Positions 49,976-61,946 of a stretch of DNA of 64,000 nt are shown one piece after another. Origin of the DNA: Lama guanicoe. Its lineage: Eukaryota. The stretch is taken from contig MU053934.1 in the NCBI GenBank assembly GCA_013239625.1, positions 775,285 to 839,284 on the forward strand, in the 5' to 3' direction. The position numbers and the translations under genes were made by a program. The notes under the pieces were generated by a model. The model saw only the letters and a list, made by a program, of their open reading frames with translations, searched no databases and was not told where the DNA came from. Positions within the stretch are counted from its first letter, which is position 1. Every line of letters begins with the position of its first letter.

Positions 49976-50331
49976 CCCTGAACTGACACAGAAGGAAGCT
50001 GAATGCCAGAAAACCATCAAATTTTTGGGAAGGAAGCGTGAAAACCTCTGGGAGGATGAGTCTTGGTCAGTCGGAAAGTGAGTCCTGATGGGGAAATTAA
50101 TACACCCAAGTCCTTGAGCAGCTTCTGCTTTAGAAGACAGGCTGGAGAGAAGCCCTAAGAAAGGCTTTGTGGAGGAGATGACATTTGAGCTGAAGATACG
50201 TAGGTGGCAAAAGATGAGGAAAGACATTTCGAGTGCTAGGATCAGAGTGGGTGAAGGCTTGGAGGCACAGAAATGTGAGGAACCACTGGAATCTCCTTCA
50301 GTTTGGCTAGAACAGTGGGTTTCACACATTT

Positions 50332-50480
50332 TGACCACAAGCCCCAGTAAAACACATTTTACACCATGCACTCAATGTAATACACAGTTTCTGTTACACT
50401 TAAGCGTATACATGAGTGTATACCTTTATATTCATCAGCAGCAGACCTTCATGAAACAGTTACCCTCCTGGATGCAGTGC
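50332..50480. mobile_element. MER119-like hAT-Charlie fragment
   Basis: ttttgaccacaagccccagtaaaacacattttacac...ttcatgaaacagttaccct. Confidence 0.55.
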
Positions 50481-50720
50481 AGGATTGCATAATGCTTAGG
50501 AACATGGCCTCTGCCCCCAGGCTACCTGGGTTCAAGCCTGTCTTAACCACATTTGGCAACTTATTTAAACTCATCAAGCCCCAGTGTCCTCATTTGTAAA
50601 ATAGGGATGGCAGCATTGCCTATGTCACAGGGTCAGTGTGAAAAGACAGTGGTATGGGCAAGGATTGAGCACAGAGCCTGCTTTAAGGAAAAGCCATGCC
50701 ATTTTGTTGGAGTCATAAAG
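50480..50720 (+). mobile_element. MIR SINE
   Basis: cctgggttcaagcct...agccccagtgtcctcatttgtaaaatagggatg. Confidence 0.75.
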
Positions 50721-50799
50721 AAATGCTGGTCACAATACACTCAGTTGATTTCAGGACGTCCTTAATGAGCCTCTGTGTACACCTTGAAGAGCTAGAAAG

Positions 50800-51110
50800 G
50801 GGGGTTTCAGTGAGGGTTAAGCAGATGTGTGGATATGATGGTTTGGATCCATAGCAGGGAGGCTCTTGAATGCCAGAGAAAGGACTCTGGACTTCGGTCA
50901 TCGGGCAGCCAATAAAGGTTTTGTTTGGACATAGTGTTGTGATCCAAGCTGCACGGAGGACCCTGAATCTGGCTGTAGCATGAAAGTGATATAGAATTGA
51001 AGACACGTGGGGAGTGGAGTGGAGAGAGATGTGGTCCAGGCAAGAGGCAGTATGGACCCCTATGAGGGCGGAGCAGTGGGAATGGCAGGGGAACAGAAGG
51101 AACATCATCT
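50800..51110 (-). mobile_element. L2 fragment
   Basis: gctcttgaatgccag...ggcagccaataaaggtttt...gtggtccaggcaagag. Confidence 0.55.
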
Positions 51111-51429
51111 CTTGCGGCCACACTGAGTACCTCGACCATCAAAGCTACACTGCTCCTTGGGTTAGCAAGCGACCCAGAGCCCTGCTGTATCTCTCCCTAC
51201 CTGAAGCAGCACTGGAGACCCATACATCCCGTCATCCCAACTGAGAGAGACTCGAGTGTGGGGAGTTGGCTTCCTCTGAAGATGTAAGTGGAGGGGGAAG
51301 GAAGCCTAACACTAGAGAGAGCTAATCTTGGGTCCACTCCTTAGTAGGTCCTTGGAGCTGGCAGCAGTATTCAAATGAGATAAAATTCCTCAAAGGCCCA
51401 GGAAAGTAACTGAAGTCTCTCTGGATGCG

Positions 51430-51660
51430 GAAGAATAATCCTCAGATTAAAGCAGCGTCTGTGACCAAACCTTCACAAAAGATCTTAAGCTGGAATTCAA
51501 GTTGCTAATTAGATCCTTGTTTATCATGTTAGATTCCTGCAGAGGCTTAGTAGGGGGAGGGGGGAGGGAACGAGCGCGGGGGAGGGGGGTTAATGCATAA
51601 GAAAGTCAGTAATTAATCTTCCCGAAGGCTTAATCACATCTTGACAACTGAAACGTTGAT
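51430..51660. promoter_or_regulatory. Candidate enhancer: K50 homeodomain site cluster with G-quadruplex
   Basis: TAATCC, TAATCT x2, TAATCA, TAAGCC x2, TAAGCT, CTAATTAG and TGTTTAT in ~200 bp of non-repeat DNA; function is inferred. Confidence 0.5.
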
Positions 51661-51959
51661 ATGAGTTTCAGGTTGGTCTTTTCAGGAGCCGGTGATGAGG
51701 GAGGATGGGGCAAACCCTGAGTTTAGGCAGAGGAAACATCATGCGTTTGTGCATTCAGTGGTATTTGTTAAATTCTTCTGGAACCTTTAAGACAGCTATG
51801 GCACAGCGCAGAGGGCGTGGTGTTGGCCTCTGAGCCTGCTGTCACAGCTGGACTCTATCCAGTGAAGTGAAGCCGCAATTCCTGCGTCTCCTCTTAAGGT
51901 CGTCTTGCTTGGTCTCCTGGGACATGTGCTCATTCTTTACCTTGGATAACTGTACAGAC

Positions 51960-52200
51960 AGCAAAGACTGGGTACTTACCGTGTGCCAGGTTCTGTTCTA
52001 ATTCCTTTACTTGGATTACTTCCTTCATGGCTCACAACCATCCTGTGAAACATACTGTGTTATCCGGTTCCATTTCAAGGATGAGAAAATTGAGGCACTC
52101 GTGATGGATGGAATTTCCCGAGGTCACAAAGCACTCACCTGGTGGATTTGGGATGTAGGTCCAGGTGGTCAGGAGACAGAAACTCATTCTACTCTGACTC
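51960..52200 (-). mobile_element. MIR SINE
   Basis: tacttaccgtgtgccagg...ctcacaaccatcctgtga...gatgagaaaattgaggcac...aggtcaca. Confidence 0.8.
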
Positions 52201-53689
52201 TTGTCCAGATGGGCTTTGACATCTGACTTACTTTCCCGGTCTCCACTGATTGTCAGGGTCCCCCACTGCTTGGCTGCTTTAGACAGTAGCTGGAAAACTG
52301 TTGAGTCTGGCGACAAGATCGCTCCAGGATCCGACTCCAGGTCCACTTCCCTGGAGCCTGATCTCTGCTCTTCTGAACATCAGGACATATGGAAAGTCTT
52401 CCAGTGTGGCCGCACCCAGGGGGATTAATACACCAGAGTGAGATGAGACAGTAAATGAGAAAGTGGTTTGTAAACTGTAATGGATGGGAAGGTCTGAGGG
52501 GCCCTGACTGGACTCTTTTCTTGAATTGCACCACGAAAAAGGATTTTATGTGGTGACCAGGAGGGAGCCCCCACAGAGAACCATCCAGGGCTTTGCATCC
52601 CAGGGGAAAAAATCCATTGCGTTTTCTTTCTCCACGTTCACTGCTTACCTCCCCTTTTACCCGTGATCCTAGAAGCTCTGGGTCTTCCAGGAAGAGTTCT
52701 CAGAGTTTATCTTGTTTCATCTCCGCCAACCTTGGGAGTCTGGCTGAGTCAGCAGATTTTTCAACCTTGCTATTTATTTGCATCCGTGTCCAGGTTGTTA
52801 ATATATATACCTCCACTGTGTGCTGCTGGCCTCTGAGTGCCCGAGGGCATGAAAATATTCACTTCCGTTCATGCAGAGAATTTGCTAGTAACTCCAATGC
52901 TTCATTTACAACAAACAAAAAAAATCGTTCACAGAAACCTGACAAGATTTTTCCAGCTTTTCCCAGCTTTTCAAACTGATTCAAATATCTTCAAGGTTAT
53001 TTTAACTTCTCTCACCCTCTATTTCCAGGATTGTTCAAAATTAATTTTTTTCTTTGATTAAAAACAAATCATTCTCACGGTAGAGAATTTGGAAAGCTCA
53101 GAAAAGTATAAAGAGAAAAATAATTCCTTACATTTTAATTCCCTGACGCATTCACTCAGCATTTTCGGATGTATGATTCCAGTTCATTTTTTTTTTCTGC
53201 TACATTTCTAATAGAGCTAGACTATTCAGTATTTATAATTTTTGAATGTGTCCTTTCTTCACAATTAACTAACTGTGCCTCCATTTCAAGGTCCCATTCA
53301 GTTTTCTGCTCATCATTGAAATAACCTGCCGGTCCCAAGAATGTAGCAAATAAGCGCCAATCTTCCTCCCCCCTCGGACTGAGCAGGGACTTGCTTGTGA
53401 TGCTGGCGGGTTTATAAACAGCACAACAGAAGGCAGAACCCCAGGGAGTAGGCACTTTGAGTTGAGATGTATTCACAGTAGAGTCCCCAGAACTCTACTT
53501 ACTAGTTTCGTGAGTCTGGGGAAAGTTTCCCAAATGCTCCGAGTCTCAGCTGACTTTATTGTGAGATGGGGATAATGACATCCCTCTGAAAGTTGTTGTG
53601 TACAACAGACACAGTGCCTGCATCTTTCTCAGCACATCGAACACACTCAGTAATGGCAGTTCAATAACCTTCCTTATCTGTAGAAGAAA

Positions 53690-54640
53690 CCTGGTTTCTT
53701 TTCCTACCAGGGATCCATCCCCCTTCTTATTACAGCGTCCTGATACTCCTCTGGGAAAGCACTCCTCGCTTCCTCAGTCTGTGTGGTTCAGGTAGAGCTG
53801 AATTCACCCCTAACCCCAGGGAAGGGTACTTACGAGCTTGGCCGTTCCCAGCATAGCCTCTTCTCTTTCACGTAGCAGTTGGTTCAGGATGGGTATCAAG
53901 GACTGAATGTGTCTCCTGCACCTCAAATTCATATGCTGAAGCCCTAACCCCCAATGTGATGGTATTTGCAGGTGGGGACTTTGGGAGGTAAGTAGGTTTA
54001 GATGAGGTCAGGAGAGTGGGACCCCCATCATAAGACCAGTGTCCTTATAAGAAGAGGGAGAGAGACCAGAGCCCCCTCTCTTTCTGCCGTGTGAGGACGC
54101 AGTGAGAAGGTGGCCGTCTGCAAGCCAGGGAGGGCCTCTAATCAGAGGACAGTCATGCCAGTATCTTGATCACACACTTCCAGCCTCCAGAACTGTGAGA
54201 AACGTCTGCTGTGTAAGCTGCTCAGTCCACGGCAGTTCGTTATAGCTGTCTAAGCAGAACAAATCAAGGGGCATGTGGCCCAATCTGGGCATCAGTAACT
54301 TGCAATTATAGAACTTTCTGTTGTGACTTCTGGAAAGGAGCCACGTTCTTTTCCTCTTGCCTCGAGGCTGGGATCACACCAGCATGAAGCTTGTAGGAGA
54401 TTCTGCCCTGTATCCCCCTTGGTCCAACCAGCATGGAGAAAGCTTGGCTGAAAATCAAGTCAATACGATAGAAAGCAGAGTTGGGGGAGAAGGGGATTGA
54501 TTCCTGTCAACATTGTGTATCCAGCCCTGGAATTACCCAACTTTCCCTTTGAATGAGCCACAAACAGCTACCCCTCCATCCTTTCAAAGCTGGTTTAAGT
54601 TGGGTTCTGTCGTTTGTGATCAAAAGAGGTTTGACCAAGA
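53690..54640 (+). mobile_element. MLT1J/K-like LTR interrupted by MLT1A
   Basis: ttggttcaggatgg | ggcatgtggcccaat continuity across the insert; 3' end ttaagttgggttctgtcgtttgtgatcaaaagag. Confidence 0.6.
53893..54266 (+). mobile_element. MLT1A-like MaLR solo LTR
   Basis: ggactgaatgtgtc...aaattcatatgctgaagccctaacccccaatgtgatggtatttg...cttccagcctccagaactgtgagaaa. Confidence 0.9.
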
Positions 54641-55439
54641 CATTTTTCTGGCCTCTGCTTTTCAAAATGTAGAAGTCCTGTTACTCTCTTCCTCAGGGCA
54701 GATTTACTCGTGTATCAAGAGTGGTCCATTCAGGAGACTCGTAGGGCCAAATGGTTCAGAGTCACTCGGGGCCCCTCCCAGCCTGGATCTGAGAGCCCAT
54801 CTTCAGCAATTGGGGGAGACACATACGATACTTGACAAACCACAGTGCAAGTGAACTTCTGATGGCTCAGGGTAACAAAAGTCAATGCAGATCAGTCTGG
54901 AGTGTGACTTATCTTCTCATTTTTTCCTATTAGTACTGAAGTGATGCTTCCACTTATTAAGTAACCTCCCCCTCCATTTTTTTTCTGTCTTGCTCAAGAA
55001 ACCCAGCTACTGACGAACATCTCTTCTGTTTTGTTTTTAAATCTTATCCTTTTATAATTAGAACAGACATGCTCAGAAAAGTAATGAGAACATAATTCTG
55101 CTTGTTCTGACAGAACCCTGTGATGATATATATATTTCTCATCAGAATCATGTTTTTAAGTCATTGAATCCCTTCTTATTTGAGGTTGACTAATTACATA
55201 GACGTTACTTTTCGTAGTTAGTGTACTATTTATATCTTATTCTTCTGAAGGAACTCACTTGGAGCCTTCCAAACCTTATTTTGAGTCTTCCAAATCTTAT
55301 TTTGTTTCTTAATATACAATTGATACAATTTTTACCACTGACATAATATACTTAAATGCACAACTGAACAAAATAGAAGGGACTTTAAATCTTGATATGC
55401 AGTAGTTTAGAAATAAGTCTATTTGAGGGTGGATATTAA

Positions 55440-55915
55440 TAAAACCTAAGCAATGATTAAGCACCCACCTTCTCCCCATTAAGGAGTTTGTTACTGTTAC
55501 TGGTTCAGCCGCTGAGTAGTGCCATCCAGGATGTTGAATCTTTTCATCCTTCTGCTCCACTATCCTTAGCACATTTACTTTTCATGACCACAGTGATCGC
55601 CTAACAAATGCAGAATGATTGCTGCAGCTCCAGAGACCACAACCACATCCAAGGAGAAAGAAGAGGGGAAGGGGCGGCTTCAGCGATCTGTCTCTTTAAT
55701 CAGAGAAACAAAACCTGTCTGAAAATTTCCCAGCACATGTTCCTTTTTGCCTTTCTAGAAGGCATAGACATGTATCAAGGAGAACAGGCTAGGAACAATC
55801 ATGATTCACCAACTGGGGGTCGTATACTGTTGCCCAGGATAAAATCAGGATCTCTTAGAAAGGAAGAAGGAAAGAAGGCTGGCTGGTGGGTAAGCAGGTA
55901 GCAGTGTCTGCCATG
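55440..55915 (-). mobile_element. MLT1K/L-like LTR remnant
   Basis: ttttcatccttctgctccactatccttagca...gctgcagctccagagaccac...aaggaagaagg...ggtaagcaggtagcagtgtctgcca. Confidence 0.6.
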
Positions 55916-56929
55916 GGTACCTACGCCTGAATAAATAAGTTCTACTTTTATTGGACAAAATGCATACATTGTGTATGTTCTTTTATATTCTTATATACAA
56001 GTGAATATTTAGAAATGAATGTATATACAGATTAAAGTCTTTAAAGTGGTACTTAGCACTTCTAATGCTTAAAAACTTTATATGGCATCTTACTTAGTCG
56101 GTACTCTATAAAGGTTTGCCATATTAAAAAAAAATTTCTAGGTCTCTGTGTATTTCTGCTCAAACACAGACACAGTGTCTAAAAGTACTCTCTTCTGTCC
56201 ACGGTGATTACCAACATCTCTTCTCTCTAACTCCTGGGACGCACACTGGCGATGGGGAGAAATGAATCATGCTGTAAGGCAGCTGTGTCCATCACCGATT
56301 CCCAGGGATGCCCTTTGTGTGGTGACATTTAAATGCTGACTGTCCCTGGGACATATGTGCTGTCCTCAGAGGGGGCCCCTCGTCTTCATGGTGCTATGAT
56401 GTAGTGCCTGTTTTCAGCTCATTCCCTGTATTCTGACTCATAGACTTTTGCTAAGGAAGCCTCCTCGCTAGTGGCCAACTCCCTGGTCCCAGCTCACGGT
56501 GACATTCTGCAGTGTCCGCTAACTGACACGTGACCCTTCCCCCTTGCCACAGCTGTGGGCGTGCAGGCTTTCCTGCTGCTTCTCCCTCTTTGCCCTGGCA
56601 TTTCTTCCTAATTCTCTTCTCCCTTTGCTCAAATACAGACGGAGCAGGGGAAGATCAGAAAATATGATGCATTCCCAGCATCTCAGCAAAGAGTGAAGTG
56701 TCCTCAGTCTTTATGAGTGATGCCCTCACAGCTCTCTTTTCATGACTCAGAGGAAGAAGGGACCCTCTCTTGGGTCATGATGGAGGAACAAAAACATGCA
56801 CCTGTGAGAACTCTGCTGGCATCTTGGAATTCCATCCCTTCCTCTAGGGATCTGCTTATATAGAAGAGAGGGGCCTGGGGTTCAGCCTCCCCTTGACATC
56901 CCTAGGAGGTGCGAGGCTGCCCAGTAGTC

Positions 56930-57480
56930 TCAGTTCCCTATGGAATGTGGGCTACCTGATGCCACTTTACCATTGCCTAATTCTGGGTCAACAGTGAAAA
57001 TTCCATTTAACATCCTGCAACTCTTGTTACTTTAACCTAATTAGAAATTATATAAGTTGATAAAATGTGCATGTAAAAGGAAATAGAGCGGTGTATCCAT
57101 AAAAATGAAGTTAAATTAATTGGAAAAATTTTGAAAAGCCAAGTCCTTTAAAAATGCTGTTCAGTCAGGTATACGCGAGGTAATAGTCAGTGGTTGGAAA
57201 ATAGCAGTAAAAATGAGAAGGACTCTGCTCTTGGATTGCTTCACGTGGGTCTCGATGGTCGCATCTCATTTTAAAGGATTTGAAACCAGAAACTGAGACG
57301 TAAAGGAGGCTTATACAGGAAGACTGGGGTATCCCATCTGCAGGACCACGTGGACAGAAAGATCTGGGTCCCAGGGCAAAGGGCAAACAAATCTGCATGC
57401 GTACGTTTTGGGTTGAAACAAAAGTTTTAAGATGTGTAGCTTTCATTGTTAAAGATTTCTCCTCTTTAACCATCTTGTCA
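56930..57480 (+). mobile_element. Tigger13-like TcMar DNA transposon fossil
   Basis: From 57075 reads KRK*SGVSIKMKLN*LEKF*KAKSFKNAVQSGIREVIVSGWK, a degenerate pogo/Tigger N-terminal HTH (psq) domain. Confidence 0.7.
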
Positions 57481-59169
57481 ACTAGCTGGTTCTCATCATT
57501 CTGGATAACAGGGCTTGTACAGCAGCTCCGAGTCCCGGCTGCCAGCCTCCAGCCGCCCTTGCAATCTCCCAGCCTGTGAAGAATGTCAAGCAGATTCCTG
57601 CCTTTCTCCCAAAGCCCCATCCCTCCTCCCTTCCTCGCCCCTCTTTTTCAAGATCCTCATTCTTCCCTAGCATTTATCAACTTTCCAGCCTCCTTCCATA
57701 TCTCAAGATTCTTGCATCTGTTTCTGTGGCTGGGTAGGGGCAGACAGAAAACCATGGTGGTTGAAGTGAGGTCAGGAAAAGACTTGGGAACCATCTGCCC
57801 TGGGTTCCTTCTTGACTTTTTATTCCCTTGTTTTTCTTCAATAGCCTGGAGTAGTTAAAAAAAAAATCAGATACCTTGTCCTGCAAGAGTTAATATTATG
57901 GCAAAAGTCCTCACCCAGGCTGCGTATAAAATTCAGTTTTTTGTGCTAGCATAGTTTTTCAATTTGATAAGAGTGCCTGTGTCTCTTTCTTGCTCTACAT
58001 AAACCTTCTTTATTAACTTTGGAAGCACTGTGTTCAATTATGGTTTTGAAGTAATTAGGTTTTATCTACTCATCAGAGGGAGCAGGAGACCGTCTTGCTG
58101 TCTGTTTACCTACTTACCTAGCCATCTAACTGCACGTGTATATGTATGTATGCAAGTGTGTCTGCATCTGTCTGTCCATCTTCTAGAAAATGTTGTGCCT
58201 GCTACACCCTAAGTGCCTGATAAATGCACATTGTCGTCGTCAGTGGTGACCACTGGTACCGTTACCAGCCGATAATAATAGTTATCATCGTTAACATTGA
58301 TAACGACTTTATCTACCAACATTGGTGATAATGTTATCCGTTGTTATCAATTGATTGGTAATTGGTGATGTTCAGTATCTGATAGTTTGGTCCAGTCTGT
58401 TCCTGGCATTTTGTGGTTTTGTCTTTTGGCCAAATTCCAATTACTGATGTCTTCCTGCCTTTTAATCTTTTCTTATCCTGGTCCCTAAGTCCAGTCCTGC
58501 TCAGACCTCTGATCTCCATGGATTCCTGCTTCTCCTGACCTTGGATCCCCCTGGAGAGCTCTATTCCTCTGTGTTTCCCTGAATCTGGACACAAACTAGC
58601 AAACACGAGTGCCCTCTCTGCCCCGTTTCTCCTTTCTTAGATCCTCTAGCCCAACAAGAAGTTTTTGAGATAAACTCTAAAATTTCAAAATGAAAAAAAA
58701 AAAGGCAACCCATATATCTGTGACAAATATTAATGGTAGGGGCTACTGGTCCATGCTTGGATGTAGTGAGGGTGCTTCTGACAACAGAAAGTTGAAAACA
58801 GCTTTCGCCCATCACTCTGGCTTCCTCTTCCATGGCCCCAAACAGTCAGCTCCTGGCTCACTGAGGCTGTAGGTATTTTCCATCTACTTCTCTGCTGGAC
58901 CTATTTTGTCCTTTCAAGACTGCTTCCTTTGTCAGAAGGCTTGCAGGCTTCAAAGAGCAGTGTTGGTGTGTGTTTTAGGTTTTGACGGCACCTACAGCCA
59001 GAACCAGCCCTAACTAGGGTGTGAGTAGCTATGGGCTCTCCCAATTCCTGCGGGCACCCTGTGCCGGGTTCTGAAGTCCACACTGGAAGTGATGTAAAGG
59101 GGAGAGACCCACTGCTACCAGATGTAATGCAAGTAACTTAACACGGCTCCCGATTGCTTCACTGGTTCT

Positions 59170-59670
59170 TGCATGCTCTGTCCTCTGCCTACTATGCCGT
59201 CTTTAGCTGTCAAACACTCCTCACACACACCTCACCTCAATTCCTTGCCCATTGCACTGCACTCCAGAGTCAATAAATTACTTGCCGATCCTGGGACAAG
59301 CCTCACTTGTCTCTTGCCTTAGGGTTTTCCTTTTGCCTAGAATACGCTCCTCTTTTCTAACATGTCTTCTCACCCCATGCCCAGCCTCCTTGGCCTGAAA
59401 CTCCTGCTTACCCTTCAAGTCTCAGTTTAGATGTTGCTTGTCCAAAAATCCTTCTCAGTTCCCCAAAGGCTGGTTAGATGCCCACCTAGGTGTCCTACTT
59501 GGCGCAAAGCACCTTTTACAGCCCCGCACTGTATGTAATCGTCTTTCCGTTTATTGGTCTCTCCCACTAGCTAATAATTTCTGAGAAATTCAGAACCATG
59601 TTTATATCTCCATTGCACATTGTAAGAGCCCCATAAAAATTCATGGAAGAAGTGATTGTGAATGAATGAG
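59170..59670 (+). mobile_element. L2 3' portion
   Basis: ttttgcctagaatacgctcc...ctcctgcttacccttcaagtctcagtttagatg...gaatgaatga. Confidence 0.75.
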
Positions 59671-61254
59671 AAGCTACAACATGTACTAGGCTTATTCTGC
59701 TCCCTGCAAATTAGATCTGACCCAGTGGGGTGAGTGCCAGTCTGCTACACACAGGACTTTCCAAATCAGTGCAGAGGGCACCTTTCACCTTTGGCAAAGC
59801 TCTTCACTTGGGAGCCGTTCCATCTGCCAGGCCAGCTTATCTGGCCAAGAAAGGGATCCGAAGTCAGAGAAAGCCCCTTACCCGGGACTGGCGCCTGGAC
59901 TGAGCACAATACGCAGAGGTGAGGGGGAGAAACAGACCTCGTCACTACAAGGGTATTAGGCTTCGAGACAGCAAATTTTAGAGAACTGAGAAATCTAATC
60001 AGCCTGGTGCACTAAGAAGGAAGCTGCAACCTCCCGGGTGTGGAAGAAAGCCGGAGTATCCTGAGGGAGATCCTAATTAAAGCACAGCCGATTACAATTC
60101 CTCTGAAAACGGAAAATGAAAGGACTGAGAAACATCTGCCGTGGATTCATGAAGGACTGCTCAAGGATGCACAGTGTGAGAAAAAGAAATTCTTGATAGT
60201 GTTCTAGACGCTCAGAGCATGTTTGTCTGCTTTCCATTGGGGGATGGTGCCCAGCAACGTAAAGATGGTGGGTGGTTTACCACTGTTTTAGCCAGTGGGG
60301 CAGCGTAAAAGGGAAAGGGACCAAGGAATGGCTGAATGACCCCTCCAGCGCTCTTCAGGTTGCCTGGCAACCAGTGAGCTGGATCTTAGCCCCGCCCCCT
60401 ATGGGAGGGGCTCTGCCTGACACCGGCTTCTCAAGATCTCCAGGTGTTGGGTGTCTGGTTGTCCCCAGGGTTCCTTTCAATATCTGACACCTAGCCTCAG
60501 TCTGCCTGGTACACAAGTCCAGAATGTGTATTTCCCTTTGCAAAAGTCACTTTCCTGCCCACCCAATACAAAAGGAGAGCACCACTTGGGGTCCCTTCCC
60601 TGGAGTTCAGCTGTGCCCGGATCCAGGTACCTATCACTGTAGGATGCAGAGATTACAGGAGACCCACCAACCTACTGTACTTCTGCCTGTGCGTCAAATG
60701 GCCCCCTGGGGTTTGCTCTAGGTCTTGCCTCTGCTGTATCACTAAAGAGAAGTTTAGAGCTGACTGGAGTCTAGAGCAGAGTCTAGATTGGTTCCGATTC
60801 TAGACCAGAGGCTGCAGCTAAGATATCCTAGATGTAACCCGGGAACTGCTGAGCTGGATGAGAACTCAGAAGTCAGACAGCCCAGTCTCCCACAAATATA
60901 GGAGCATAAAGTGTTAAAACTTGGGTAAGACTTAAACAAAAATTTATGTAATAGTGATGTAAGGATTTCCAAAGGGTGGCACAGGAAATACATATTATTG
61001 ATTTGTAGAGAAGGAAGTGCGCCCAGGCTATGGCCTGGAGTTGTCCAGAAAGGCCTTTCTTGGGGGATCTGCAAGGCTTGGTCTGGATCCTGAAGGCAGG
61101 ATTTTCCAAGGCCATCATAAGCCAGAAGAGCCCTCTGGAAAAGTGAAGGATGGGACAAGAAAATTCCAAGACTGCCTGGAGGAGACTGCTTTTCAAACAG
61201 AGGCACCCAGAGACCTAGATGGAGCTTACCTCCTTGATATAATTACAACTCCGA

Positions 61255-61720
61255 GGGTTCCAATAATCTGATGCTGTATCGCAAACCACCCCAAAATGCA
61301 GTGGCCACCATTGTATGATATCACATGACTTCATTGGCTAGGGATTCAGACAGGGCTCAGCTGGATGATTCTTCTGTTCACGTTGCCTCACCTAAAATCA
61401 CTCATGGTTTTCAGCTGATGGCTGGGCTGGGCTGCAGGGTCCAATATAACTTGTCTGCATGCCTGGTGCCTTGACCGGGAGGACTGGAAATCCAGTCTTA
61501 CTCAGGTCACTTTCCTTTTTCATGTCATCTCAGCAAATATCCTCTCTCACAGATCAGTGTGATTTCTTACATAGCTGTGCAGGAACCAAGAAACCCAAGA
61601 GGAAGCAGTAAGATTTCTCATGCCATAGCTTCAGAAGCCCCTACTCCCCCATCATTTCTGTCACGTTCTATTAGTCAAGTAAATGCTAAGACTGGTGCGG
61701 ATTCAAGGGGAACCTCAAGC
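61255..61720 (-). mobile_element. MLT1H-like MaLR LTR
   Basis: caaaccaccccaaaatgcagtggc...ggattcagacagggctcagctggatgattcttctg...atgcctggtgccttg. Confidence 0.8.
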
Positions 61721-61946
61721 ATTCATTTCTACAGTCAATATGCGTAGAGATCCTATCCTGTGCCAAGGCTTGGTTAGCTACTCCTGGGGGCTGCAAAAAT
61801 GAATCACCTTTGCGCCTAACCTGGAGAAGTTTGTAGTCCAGTAACGGAAGCAGATGCGTATGTTCATAATGTCCATATAGCGTGATAAGGACGAGAAAGG
61901 CAGGAACTAAATGGCAAAAAGGGCATAGAAAAAAGTAGCCTACTTT

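Noticed and set aside
55266..55304. Tandem 18-bp repeat cttccaaa(c/t)cttattttg with a 3-bp spacer
   Set aside because: Ordinary local duplication; only two units, not an array
57165..57620. 151-aa minus-strand ORF
   Set aside because: Antisense to a Tigger fossil whose sense frame has multiple stops; not a domesticated transposase
60765..60805. Three TCTAGA sites in 40 bp with a short inverted repeat
   Set aside because: Small local duplication; no further structure
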